Below are positions 8,769 through 18,302 of a stretch of 64,000 nucleotides of DNA, one piece after another (position 1 is the stretch's first letter; each line of letters starts with the position of its first letter). This stretch comes from Thermoplasmata archaeon (GTDB lineage Archaea; Thermoplasmatota; Thermoplasmata; Thermoplasmatales; GCA-001856825): contig JAJYUZ010000003.1 of the NCBI GenBank assembly GCA_021792255.1, positions 281,032-345,031 of the forward strand, written 5' to 3'. The translations under genes were made by a program, and so were the position numbers. The notes beneath the pieces are model-generated. The model was not told the DNA's origin and did not search any database. It saw nothing but the letters and a program-made list of their open reading frames with translations.

Positions 8769-10787
8769 TTATATCTCCTCCACTACTACATCGACTGCAA
8801 CCGGCTCTCCACCATCGTAAGGTATTATGAGCGGGTTGATTTCTATTTCCTTTATTTTCTCATTGTTTATATATAAATATTGAAATTTCATTATATAATC
8901 AACAAACTTCTCCTTGTTTGGCTTTGCATTTCCCCGTTTGTTGTCTAAGAGTTTTCCAATGTAAGACTCTCTTAGCATAGCATGAACCTCGCTGCGGTTA
9001 ACCGGAACTATTCTGACGCTTACGCTCTTGAAAACTTCTGTAAGTGTACCTCCCACGCCTAAAGTCAACATAGGGCCAAAATTGACATCATTTCTTATGT
9101 TCGCTATTGCCTCGACGCCAGTTATCATTTTCTGGACGATGACTCTGCTCTGGTTCAGGCCTTTTAACCTTTCAACTGCATCTTTCAGTTCCCGGACATC
9201 TCTTATGTTTGTTACAACTCCTCCTATATCAGTCTTGTGAACATTCTCTGACGGGGCCAATTTGGCCACAACTGGAAAGGATACGTCTGTTGAACTCAAA
9301 TCTATGGGAGTCTGGAAATTGAGCCTGTTGTGCAAAAACAGATTCAGCACCCTATCAAATTGAAGCCTGTGAGACTCGCTTGCCCTTGATTGTATGTAAG
9401 GGCATTCCTCTAGAGTCTTTGGTTTGCGAAGAGCCCTGAGAACTATGGCTGAATCTGCTGGATCATCAGTCACTATAACCTTGTTTCTCAGAAGTGCTGA
9501 CTTTTCAGAATCTTCAATTTTACCAGAAATTAGGGTGAGAATAATGGGTTTCCCATTCCTGGCAAGTTCGACCAGCTTCTCCCTGTACTCCCTTATGTAT
9601 TCCACGCCCCTGTTGCCAAAGACGTTAACAGAGGAGCCAACGTTCTTTTCGCTCAGAACTATATCATTCAGTGTGGGAATAAGATCCTTAATGGTTAATT
9701 CACTTGCAACAGGGTCTATTGGGTTGTTTATACCTGCGAATGACGGGAGAATAGCAGAGAGTTTTGCCCTTGTGTCTGAACTGAACTGAGGTATGTTGAT
9801 GTCATATTTCGCTAAGTTGTCAATAAACGTCAGGCGACCTCCACCTGACATACCAATTATTGCGGGCCCCTTTTCCTGATTACTATCGTTGAATGCCAGC
9901 ACTCCCATCAGCAGCTCAAGTTCACGCAGTGTGTATGCCTGTATGATTCCAAGCTGCTCAAACGCCCCCTCATAGGCAACAGAATCAGTAATCATCTTGC
10001 CGGTATGTGACAGAGCCACTTCTTTACCGGCTGCTGTAGTTCCGCCGTGCAATGCAACCAATGATATGTGCCTGTCTTGAGCTTTTTTTGAGAGGTTAAC
10101 CAGTCTGTTGCCAGAATTGAAGCCTTCAACAAACATGCCAATGACTTTAACTTTCGAATTTTCCACAAGCCATTCTGCAACATCTATTATGTCGACATTC
10201 GTTTCATTACCGACGCTGACCATGTATGAAAGGCCGATTCCCGACTCCTGAAATCTCCTGGCGATGGCTCCTCCGATGCTACCGCTTTGGGATACAAAGG
10301 CTAACGGGGCCTTGACTTTGGGGGCATCCCCTCTTGCAGCAGAACCAAAGGATATTATCATGTCATCCTCAAGGTTCCAGAAACCTTCGGAATTAGGGCC
10401 AATAGCCCTTATTCCGTTCTGATTCATAATTTCCTTCAATTTCTCCTCAAGTTCTGCGCCCTCTTTGTCAGTTTCTTTAAACCCTCCTGTAGAAATCACC
10501 AGTTTCTTGATTTTCAATCTCGCTGCTTCCTTTACCACATCTAAAACATAATCCCGTGAAATAAGGATATAGACCATATCCGGTACCTCTGGTATTGATG
10601 AAAGATCTGGAAAGCATGCAATCCCGTCAATCTCGCTGTATCGTGGATTAACTGGATAAATTGACCCTTTGAATCCAGAACTTGTAAGGTTGACCAGTGC
10701 ATTATGGCCCAACCTGTTGGTCTTAGACGCACCGACTATCGCCACCGATTTAGCCTTGAAAAAACCTTTGGGTAGACTTGATCCCAC
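8769..10787 (-). CDS. ADP-forming acyl-CoA synthetase (CoA-binding plus ATP-grasp fusion)
   Basis: SVAIVGAS, GPNS.G, SQSGS, phospho-His SHTG, NPID, HKTDIGGV, EINPL. Confidence 0.9.
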   Translation of the reverse strand: MGSSLPKGFFKAKSVAIVGASKTNRLGHNALVNLTSSGFKGSIYPVNPRYSEIDGIACFPDLSSIPEVPDMVYILISRDYVLDVVKEAARLKIKKLVISTGGFKETDKEGAELEEKLKEIMNQNGIRAIGPNSEGFWNLEDDMIISFGSAARGDAPKVKAPLAFVSQSGSIGGAIARRFQESGIGLSYMVSVGNETNVDIIDVAEWLVENSKVKVIGMFVEGFNSGNRLVNLSKKAQDRHISLVALHGGTTAAGKEVALSHTGKMITDSVAYEGAFEQLGIIQAYTLRELELLMGVLAFNDSNQEKGPAIIGMSGGGRLTFIDNLAKYDINIPQFSSDTRAKLSAILPSFAGINNPIDPVASELTIKDLIPTLNDIVLSEKNVGSSVNVFGNRGVEYIREYREKLVELARNGKPIILTLISGKIEDSEKSALLRNKVIVTDDPADSAIVLRALRKPKTLEECPYIQSRASESHRLQFDRVLNLFLHNRLNFQTPIDLSSTDVSFPVVAKLAPSENVHKTDIGGVVTNIRDVRELKDAVERLKGLNQSRVIVQKMITGVEAIANIRNDVNFGPMLTLGVGGTLTEVFKSVSVRIVPVNRSEVHAMLRESYIGKLLDNKRGNAKPNKEKFVDYIMKFQYLYINNEKIKEIEINPLIIPYDGGEPVAVDVVVEEI

Positions 10788-10801
10788 GAATCATCCACCC
10801 T

Positions 10802-12163
10802 TCAATTCAGTATTCCTGGCAGAGTCTCTAGCTTCTCGAGCCTCCATAACTTAGCCAGCAATCCCTTGATCTCGTCTTCCCCGGCAAATCTCCTCCCGAG
10901 TTGCATGAATTTAGTCTCCAGAACATCCTTGGTGAACGGCCTGCGAGGGTCCCCGGTCGGGACGTCCAGGTGTTCTGAATATATCCTCTCATCTTTTGTT
11001 GAAACCTTAACTGTAGACTGTGTCAGATCTGGATAGTTGGAACTGAAATCCCTGTTCTCGGTCGCTTTTACCTTTGGCAGGAACTCCTTTACTCTCTTGT
11101 CGTTCCACTGTTCGTGCTCAAAGGATTCTGCAGTAAGATTCCCATTGAGGAATGACATCGTTATGCAGTAGGGGAGACTGTGGTCTGCGGTCTCTCTGGT
11201 AGTCGGTGACCACCGTGACTCATCTCCTGCTGCAGTCTTGATGGCTCTTGAAAATGTTTCAACCTCAATACTGCCTATTGATCTGTAATCCTCAATCTTT
11301 TCCTGAATCTTCAAAGCAGCTTCAATCGTGGTCTGCATAAAGTACTGTGCAGGGTATCGCTTGAGCCGAGTCTGAGTTATCCTAGTAAAGACACTACTAT
11401 CCAGATTGAAGGCAGAAAAGTCAGGAGACAGGACGTTGATTATTCCAAATTTGCCTTCGAATATTTCCTTCGGACCCGTAATTCCGTGTTTTGCAAGATA
11501 TGCTGAGTATACCCCACTCTTGCACGCGTAGCCTGCCGCAAGCCCTTTCCACATGGAAAGTTGTCCTATTCTTGTCTGGAATAGTGAAATGGTCGAGGAG
11601 CCTGCTATCCTTATTGCCTCCACGATTTTTTCATATGGAAGGTCTAGGAGCAAGCTTGCCATAACGCTGGAAGAAATTGCACCGTAAAGGAGGTTGTCAA
11701 ATCCCCTGTCGTCTAAGGCCCCAGAATCCGTCAACATACAGTTGATTTCGTATCCTACGCATAATGCATTCAAAAACTCCTGTCCACTTTTTCCTGTTGA
11801 TTCCGCAACCGCCCAAGCTCCCGGTAGATTGTCACTCGGATGACACGCCTGGTACTTGCCTAGGTAAATGTCATTGTAGTCAAGATACCTTGCAGCTGCA
11901 CTATTCACAAAGGACACGTTATCTGGTGACATTGTTTGGTTGGTGCCCCAGACATGCGCTGAAACCCCTTTTGAACCGAATGAGTTACCCATTTCCTTGA
12001 GCAGCTTGACGGGGGTAGAGTCGAGTGCCCCCAGTGCGCAACCGATAGTGTCGATTACCTTCTGCTTCGCCTGCTCAACTGTTTCGCTACTTTTCCGAGC
12101 ATTTCTTGATGAGTCTGCATACTCGGCTATCTTCTCCTCACTTAGCATTAGTCTACCACGCAC
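10802..12163 (-). CDS. MmgE/PrpD-family dehydratase/isomerase
   Basis: RYLDYND, HPSDN, SMWKG, ETADHSLPY. Confidence 0.9.
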   Translation of the reverse strand: MRGRLMLSEEKIAEYADSSRNARKSSETVEQAKQKVIDTIGCALGALDSTPVKLLKEMGNSFGSKGVSAHVWGTNQTMSPDNVSFVNSAAARYLDYNDIYLGKYQACHPSDNLPGAWAVAESTGKSGQEFLNALCVGYEINCMLTDSGALDDRGFDNLLYGAISSSVMASLLLDLPYEKIVEAIRIAGSSTISLFQTRIGQLSMWKGLAAGYACKSGVYSAYLAKHGITGPKEIFEGKFGIINVLSPDFSAFNLDSSVFTRITQTRLKRYPAQYFMQTTIEAALKIQEKIEDYRSIGSIEVETFSRAIKTAAGDESRWSPTTRETADHSLPYCITMSFLNGNLTAESFEHEQWNDKRVKEFLPKVKATENRDFSSNYPDLTQSTVKVSTKDERIYSEHLDVPTGDPRRPFTKDVLETKFMQLGRRFAGEDEIKGLLAKLWRLEKLETLPGILN

Positions 12164-13328
12164 TCCTAAGTATTCCTATAATCTCATCCTTAGAATTGAC
12201 CGCTTTTGGGTTTCCAGCGATGGCAGTGTCAATGAGGGTCCTTTCTGCCAACATACCAAAATCATCCTCCTTTACGCCAATATCTCTGAGCCTTGTTGGA
12301 AGACCTAGGACCTTTATCAGGCTTCGAGTTGCCTCAATTGCATCTTCTGCTGTATTGCCTGCTCCTATTGCCTTAGCCATTTCACTGAGTTCGTGTCCAG
12401 CAACATCGCTGTTGAACTGCATCACATTTGGCAACATCACACTGGCTGCTATGCCGTGAGATATGTTGTAATAGCCACAAATCTGGTGATCTATTGCGTG
12501 CCCCACACCAACGTGGACATTCTTGGTACAGAACTGAACCATCCAAGAGGCGTAAAGCAAGTTATTTCTGGAATTCAAATCACTGGGTTTGTCGTGGCTC
12601 TGCTTAAGATTGGCAAAAAGTAGGGAAAGTGCGCCAAGCTGAATCACATCTGAAAATGGGTGATGTGTGTTGGAATATAGCCTTTCAACTCCATGATCTA
12701 TAGCCTTTACACCGCTCGAAAGCCACAGTGTAGTTGGAGTGTCAAGAGTGATTTCGGGGTCGAGAATGATGCTCTTTGCCAAAACATCCTCGGCATAGTA
12801 CTGGTCTTTTCTTCCTGTATTCGTATCTGTAAGGCCTGCCTGATAGGTGAATTCAGCTCCGGATAAGGTTGTTGGTATTGCAAAAAGAGGGACTGATTCC
12901 CGGACGTGCTTGATTTTCTCATACCGGTAGGATACATTAGCCTTTTCTCTCTTGACCTTACCTATTAGAATATCGAGATCCCCGTAAGTGTGTGCCATTA
13001 TCATTCCTTTTGCCACGTCGACGTTGCTTCCCCCACCGAGGCTTATCACGGCATCCACATGGTTCTCTTTCATTTTTTCCAGGCCATCGTATACAGATGA
13101 CAATGGAGAATTTTGTTTCGACCCAGCGTAGACGCAAGTGAGTTTACTGCCGAGAACATCCTTTACTTTTTCCAGGGCACTGCTCTTTGAAACGCTGTTG
13201 GTGGTGACTACGAGAACCTTGTTAGAATTGAACCTGTCAAGCTCCGACGGCAGCTTCTTCAGCGAATTTCTGCCGAATAGCACTTTCCAGTTCCTTTCGT
13301 TGTTGAATTCCCCTGCTATCTCGTTCAC
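12153..13328 (-). CDS. iron-containing alcohol dehydrogenase family protein
   Basis: GGGS..D.AK, PTTLSGAE, D(H), H...H and HG metal ligands. Confidence 0.9.
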   Translation of the reverse strand: MNEIAGEFNNERNWKVLFGRNSLKKLPSELDRFNSNKVLVVTTNSVSKSSALEKVKDVLGSKLTCVYAGSKQNSPLSSVYDGLEKMKENHVDAVISLGGGSNVDVAKGMIMAHTYGDLDILIGKVKREKANVSYRYEKIKHVRESVPLFAIPTTLSGAEFTYQAGLTDTNTGRKDQYYAEDVLAKSIILDPEITLDTPTTLWLSSGVKAIDHGVERLYSNTHHPFSDVIQLGALSLLFANLKQSHDKPSDLNSRNNLLYASWMVQFCTKNVHVGVGHAIDHQICGYYNISHGIAASVMLPNVMQFNSDVAGHELSEMAKAIGAGNTAEDAIEATRSLIKVLGLPTRLRDIGVKEDDFGMLAERTLIDTAIAGNPKAVNSKDEIIGILRSAW

Positions 13329-13355
13329 TTTATTTCACCCTTGCTTAGTTATGAC

Positions 13356-14762
13356 TTAAGATGCAACCTTCTCGAGCTCCATTTTGTTTGAATTTGGCAT
13401 GAATATGACTGTAATGAAAATCACAACCATCGCCGAACCCACAAAAATGAAAACGTCTAGTACGCTCCTGATCAGAAGATATGCAATAATGTAAGAGGAC
13501 AATGCGCCTGACACCCTGCTCATAGCGTACCCAAAACCGCCAGCACTAGCTCTTATACGGGTAGGGAACATTTCTTCCTGATATGCGTGTATAACTGGAG
13601 AATACCAGTTCGTCAAGATCGATAATATAACTCCGGTTATGACTATCAATACTATAGTCGGTGAATATGCGAACGCTAAACCGTCGGCCGCAACGAGAAG
13701 TGAAAGTATTCCAATCTGCCAGCGACGCTGAAAAACTTCGGCAAAGAGAGAGCCGATATAACCGCCGATTGGAATGAACATTGCTATCAGGAAAGAATAG
13801 AACAATGCATGGGTTATGGTGAATCCCCTGGTCACAAGAATTGTTGCAGTGAATGATGCGAATCCAAAATATCCTATTGACTGCATGAATTGAATGATAC
13901 TCATGCCCAGCAATCTTTTTCCGTATTTTCCACTAAAAGCTTCTTTGAGAGGAACTTTCGTTTCCTTTTCGACCTTCGTGTCGGTCTTCACTGGAGGCAG
14001 GGTTATATTCAACTCTGAGGCTGCTCCGAGTTCAATCTCTTTTACCAACCGATCTGCTTTCTCATATTCTCCCTTTAACTCGTACCAGCGTGGAGTCTCA
14101 GTAAGTTTTCTGATCAATGGCCAAAAAAGGAGTGCACCAAATCCCCCAATTAGAAAGACCCATCTCCAACCCGCTAGGAAAAAGGTACGAGGTACGAGCA
14201 AGAATGAGATAAAAGCAACTGTAGTGGCTGCCGTAAATCCTATAGTGTACGCATATACAACGTATTTACCTCTCTTTGCTTTTGGAATAGTCTCTCCAAG
14301 ATATGTGTCTACCAGAATGTACTGGGCCGCCATCGCTGCTCCTGCGAAAAACCTCGCAATAGTCATCATCTGCCAGTTTACGGAAAGGGCAAGTATTATG
14401 GTAAATATGGAATACGCCAACAGAGTCCATAGGAACAGATGCCTTCTTCCGTATCTATCAGCAGTTATTCCCAGAAAGATTGATCCTAGCGCCATTCCTG
14501 AAAATTGACCTGCGAGAACTATGCCCACCTGAGACAACGTTAGAAAGTGGGCAGCAAGTAATGCAGCCAGAACATAGCTAACTGCATAAAGATCGTAATT
14601 ATCGAACCACTCTCCTATTCCAACCCTCCCAAGCACTTTTCTATGGAAGCTGTAAATAGGAACATTGTCGAGTCGCTCCCCGACATTCACGGTGCTATAT
14701 ATTGCCTCTTTACCTGGCCCCGTCACCGGTGCCTGGTCACTTTCTTTCACACCTTTGTCCAT
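13356..14762 (-). CDS. MFS transporter (organic/aromatic acid:H+ symporter-like)
   Basis: ADRYGRR motif A, WRWVF, ETPRW, EMFPTRIRA; 12 TM; start set at MDKGVKE. Confidence 0.9.
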   Translation of the reverse strand: MDKGVKESDQAPVTGPGKEAIYSTVNVGERLDNVPIYSFHRKVLGRVGIGEWFDNYDLYAVSYVLAALLAAHFLTLSQVGIVLAGQFSGMALGSIFLGITADRYGRRHLFLWTLLAYSIFTIILALSVNWQMMTIARFFAGAAMAAQYILVDTYLGETIPKAKRGKYVVYAYTIGFTAATTVAFISFLLVPRTFFLAGWRWVFLIGGFGALLFWPLIRKLTETPRWYELKGEYEKADRLVKEIELGAASELNITLPPVKTDTKVEKETKVPLKEAFSGKYGKRLLGMSIIQFMQSIGYFGFASFTATILVTRGFTITHALFYSFLIAMFIPIGGYIGSLFAEVFQRRWQIGILSLLVAADGLAFAYSPTIVLIVITGVILSILTNWYSPVIHAYQEEMFPTRIRASAGGFGYAMSRVSGALSSYIIAYLLIRSVLDVFIFVGSAMVVIFITVIFMPNSNKMELEKVAS

Positions 14763-14817
14763 GTCACGCAAGAGACTGAGACGGGTATATTTATATTTAT
14801 ATGGACATGTCCCACTT
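14763..14817. promoter_or_regulatory. compact bidirectional promoter
   Basis: TATATTTATATTTATAT centred in a 55-bp gap between divergent ATGs. Confidence 0.6.
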
Positions 14818-15510
14818 ATGTTCTTTAAGGCAATGATTGATCACAGTGATTGCTGGAGCCAAGTTTTATCTGGATACGACAACATAACTGGAGAGCTGAT
14901 GTTTCAAAACGTTAGAGAGGATTCGATAGATGCCACCGTCCTTTTTAAGTGTATACAAAGAGGTGAAAAGAAAGTCTTTCAAAGTTTTTTCGAGGAGTTA
15001 AAGAATCACTCCAGAATACTATCCTTCAAGAGTACTACTTCCCTTGACCATGGTTATTGTAGAGTAGTAAGACTTGAGGCAAGTCGGGATGTAAGTTTCT
15101 CCGACCTATTGCTTAGATCGGACACTTACACCATTAAGGAATTTTTCATCAAAGGATATGAACTGTGGTACTGGTTCGTGGGAACTTCCAATATGAACTA
15201 TTTCCTTGAACAGGTGAAACCAAGGACCAAGTCTATCAGAATCAAGAATTTGGGGAATTCACTTTCGCTGGAGCAATTTACCTGGCTTAATGAACCGATG
15301 ACTCCATCACAGGAAGAAATCTTGGGCGAACTTTTTTATAACGGCTACTTTGAAAAATCTCAGAGACCTGGCTTACGAGATATTTCCAAAAAAATGAATA
15401 TAAGTAAATCCAGTTTGGCCCGAAAATACAGAAATGCGATCGGAACGTTGGTGTCAAATCATGTCGCCAAGATCAAAAAAATGGACGAACTCCTACAATT
15501 GGACTTATAA
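14818..15510 (+). CDS. bacterio-opsin-activator (HTH_10)-type transcriptional regulator
   Basis: H.DCWS N-terminus; C-terminal MTPSQEEIL..GYFE..R..LRDISKKMNISKSSL; start moved to 14818. Confidence 0.8.
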   Translation: MFFKAMIDHSDCWSQVLSGYDNITGELMFQNVREDSIDATVLFKCIQRGEKKVFQSFFEELKNHSRILSFKSTTSLDHGYCRVVRLEASRDVSFSDLLLRSDTYTIKEFFIKGYELWYWFVGTSNMNYFLEQVKPRTKSIRIKNLGNSLSLEQFTWLNEPMTPSQEEILGELFYNGYFEKSQRPGLRDISKKMNISKSSLARKYRNAIGTLVSNHVAKIKKMDELLQLDL

Positions 15511-15632
15511 CGTGAATTGTCTCCACTGACAGAAATACAAACACTTTTCCAGTTCTCTTTGATTTAGTGGCGGTAAAAGAGGGGAGTTCGGGATTTTATC
15601 AGGTTGTAAAAAGAAGAAAAGAAAATAATTGA

Positions 15633-15936
15633 TTAGGCGCGTGTAAATGGCAAAGTCCTTATCCTACAAACAGTGACTTCACAAAAGAGGACTTTCGCAA
15701 CAGTAGGGAACATATGTTATACCCTCGGAAACGCATATATCTAAGTCCTTGCAATAATCCGCTAACGACAGAATCATCTTTGAGATTTAGTACATAAGGG
15801 CAATCTCAGATGCCCTCTTGTCTTCGGTTGTGAAATTGACATAGAAACTTCCAGGTTCATTTGTCGTTGGAGTACTAATTATGAAATTCTCTTCAATGGG
15901 TTCCATAATTCTCCAGACCACTGAATCATCTAACTA
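15633..15936 (-). pseudogene. probable decayed PIN/VapC toxin gene
   Basis: fragments LDDSVV...FTTEDKRASEIA, SLAD..DICVSEG and DKDFA separated by stops and frameshifts. Confidence 0.4.
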
Positions 15937-16303
15937 ATTGCTATGCCCCACACCTTCTCAGGATTCGAACAGTGCTACATTTATAATACTAGCGTGGAAG
16001 AATAACTGTAGATTTGCTTCTGAGGTCAAGTCCTTCAGTTGAAGAGAAGTTTCTTGTAGCCTTGGAACTCGTTTCAACTTCGACTAAGTTCGGGAGATAA
16101 AAAGTTAATATTTAATTCTAAACTCTGGAGATTTCCCAAAGTGAAGGTTCTATCGTATGAAAAATAGAGCCAAAAAAAGTATCTGATCCCGACGGGTTAA
16201 TTCTTGCGATACTTGGAAGATTGGGACTTGGGTCTTGTCTATTCCATAACCCGATAGGATCTCGTTAAGCGTTTCTGCTTATTACTCTGCGCTTAACCTT
16301 AGC

Positions 16304-17017
16304 TTAGTGGACGTACAGCGTTCCTGCCATCCATCCTGGAGTGCTCATCGCACCCTCCCAACCGGTGGGTCCGCTGCCACACGATACTTCACACTGCCAG
16401 GTGTAGGTCCCTGGATGCAATATGAATGAGGTCTGGACCACGCTTGAGGGTGTGATCGGCAAGTTGAGCACCACGTTACTCCCGTTCTGAACAGTGAATG
16501 TATGAGCAATGTTGTTGACTGGCACTGACGAAACCTGTTCGCTACCATTCAGCAAGATCCCGTTGGCGTTTTCTGAAGAGTTTACGTTAGTGTTGTTGAA
16601 TATTGCCTCCTTTCCATTCAGAGTTCCGGTAACATTTGCATAAACAGCGCCAACTGAGCCATTCCCGTCGTCATAATTTATGATCGTCACGTCTATCTGT
16701 TCATTTGCTGGTATGGTTATGTTGGCCGATGATTTCAGAGTTCCATTCTGAAGAACAAAGAAGGCAGGTTGATATCCGGTACTAGTGTTATAAAAGTTGT
16801 TAGTTGTCACGACCAAAATTAACTGAAAGGGACCGCTGTTGGCTGAGGTAATCTTACCCTGGCTCGAAGTAAGACTGCTGTTCGCCATAAAATAACCCGC
16901 GAACAGACCAGTTCCGATGCCTAAGGAAATTATGGCGACAACAGCTGCTATTACGATAACATTCGTAATGGTTTTATTATGCAATTTAGCCACCATTAAA
17001 TAATTACGACGTGGCAT
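16304..17017 (-). CDS. membrane-anchored cupredoxin-fold (sulfocyanin/CoxB-like) protein
   Basis: N-terminal TM; HTFTV; GTYTWQCEVSCG...AM...GWMAGTLYV; start may be 16996. Confidence 0.8.
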   Translation of the reverse strand: MPRRNYLMVAKLHNKTITNVIVIAAVVAIISLGIGTGLFAGYFMANSSLTSSQGKITSANSGPFQLILVVTTNNFYNTSTGYQPAFFVLQNGTLKSSANITIPANEQIDVTIINYDDGNGSVGAVYANVTGTLNGKEAIFNNTNVNSSENANGILLNGSEQVSSVPVNNIAHTFTVQNGSNVVLNLPITPSSVVQTSFILHPGTYTWQCEVSCGSGPTGWEGAMSTPGWMAGTLYVH

Positions 17018-17225
17018 ATCTCTTTTTGTGCACGTCTATGCACTTCCAGTTACTAAACCGTAGCAAGGTAACCATTACAGACAAGACAAATTTTCCTCCA
17101 CTTTTCGAAGAATTTCTGAAGTTTAGAGGAGAATTCGCAACCCAAATTCAACTTTTATCATCCATTGCGATACTATGACTCGAGTGGGCACAAGAAGTTA
17201 AATTCAGAAGAAACATTTGCCCAAA

Positions 17226-17310
17226 GCGGGGGTTGCCGAGCTAGGTTAAAGGTACCAGACTTAAGATCTGGTTCCGTAGGGATTCGGGGGTTCAAATCCC
17301 CTCCCCCGCA
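17226..17310 (+). tRNA. tRNA-Leu(TAA)
   Basis: GCGGGGG...CCCCCGC-A; CCAGA-CTTAAGA-TCTGG; long variable arm. Confidence 0.95.
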
Positions 17311-17407
17311 TCCCAAAATTGTCCAGTGTTCCGCTGTCTTTGAATCTCTTCATTCTCTCTGAATCGCGAATGCATAACAGTTAATAATTTGTGAAGGAAT
17401 ACCAATT

Positions 17408-18244
17408 ATGGATGTAAGCCCTGATATCCTCGCAAGAGGGAAGGCAAAGGTAGTCGCAGTCATAGGTGCTGGGAAAATCGGAGAAGCAATTGCTACAAAA
17501 ATGTCAAAATCTGGAATTGTAAAAAAGGTAATTGTCACAAAGAGAAATGTTGACACTTTGAATATCTCCTCAAAGAAGATTCAAATCACATCCAACAACT
17601 CGCTTGCTGCAAAAGGAGCCGATGTGATCTTTCTGTCAGTGAAGGCTGCGGATGCAAAAGAAGTTCTTGGAGAAATATCGGGCCATGCAAAGGGAAAGCT
17701 CGTGATATCCGTAATGGCTGCAGTTTCGATCAAGAAACTAGAAAGAGCACTTCCTGGTTCGTTCATAATACGGGCGATGCCCAACATTTCTGCGATGATT
17801 GGAGAAGCGGTCACCGCTTATTCACTAGGTACCGGTGTGAAAGAAGAACACTCGAGCACTGCAAGAGTCCTTTTCGGAAGTTTTGGAACGCATGTCGAGG
17901 TACCAGAGTCCGCCATGGATGCAGTCACAGCAATAAGCGGAAGTGGACCCGCTTACATAGCGGTACTTATAGATGCTATGATTAGCGGAGCACTGAAGGT
18001 TGGCCTCTCCAGAGATGTAGCCTTCAAACTCGTTACCAAGACTCTCACCGGAACTGCTGATCTTCTGGAGCAACACAAGATGCATCCTGCCGAATTGAGG
18101 GATATAGTGACCACTCCAGCGGGAACCACAATTGCGGGAATTTATGAGCTTGAGAAAGGTTCATTCAGGACTAGTATAATGAATGCAATAGAAGCCGCAA
18201 CACAGGCTTCTAGCAAGGTCGGTGCAAAATTCGAGAGTGAATGA
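17408..18244 (+). CDS. proC: pyrroline-5-carboxylate reductase
   Basis: IGAGKIG, RAMPN, SGSGPAY, VTTPAGTT. Confidence 0.95.
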   Translation: MDVSPDILARGKAKVVAVIGAGKIGEAIATKMSKSGIVKKVIVTKRNVDTLNISSKKIQITSNNSLAAKGADVIFLSVKAADAKEVLGEISGHAKGKLVISVMAAVSIKKLERALPGSFIIRAMPNISAMIGEAVTAYSLGTGVKEEHSSTARVLFGSFGTHVEVPESAMDAVTAISGSGPAYIAVLIDAMISGALKVGLSRDVAFKLVTKTLTGTADLLEQHKMHPAELRDIVTTPAGTTIAGIYELEKGSFRTSIMNAIEAATQASSKVGAKFESE

Positions 18245-18302
18245 CCCCCTTTTCAGGTAAAATTCCATCAAGTTTATCTGTAAGGTTTCTTTATAAATCA
18301 CA

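Noticed and set aside
13894-14508. 204-aa plus-strand ORF
   Set aside because: Antisense shadow of the MFS gene; no motifs.
14665-14817. N-terminal extension of the regulator ORF
   Set aside because: Overlaps the divergent MFS start and the TATA region; 14818 is the better start.
17165-17362. 65-aa ORF
   Set aside because: Runs through tRNA-Leu.
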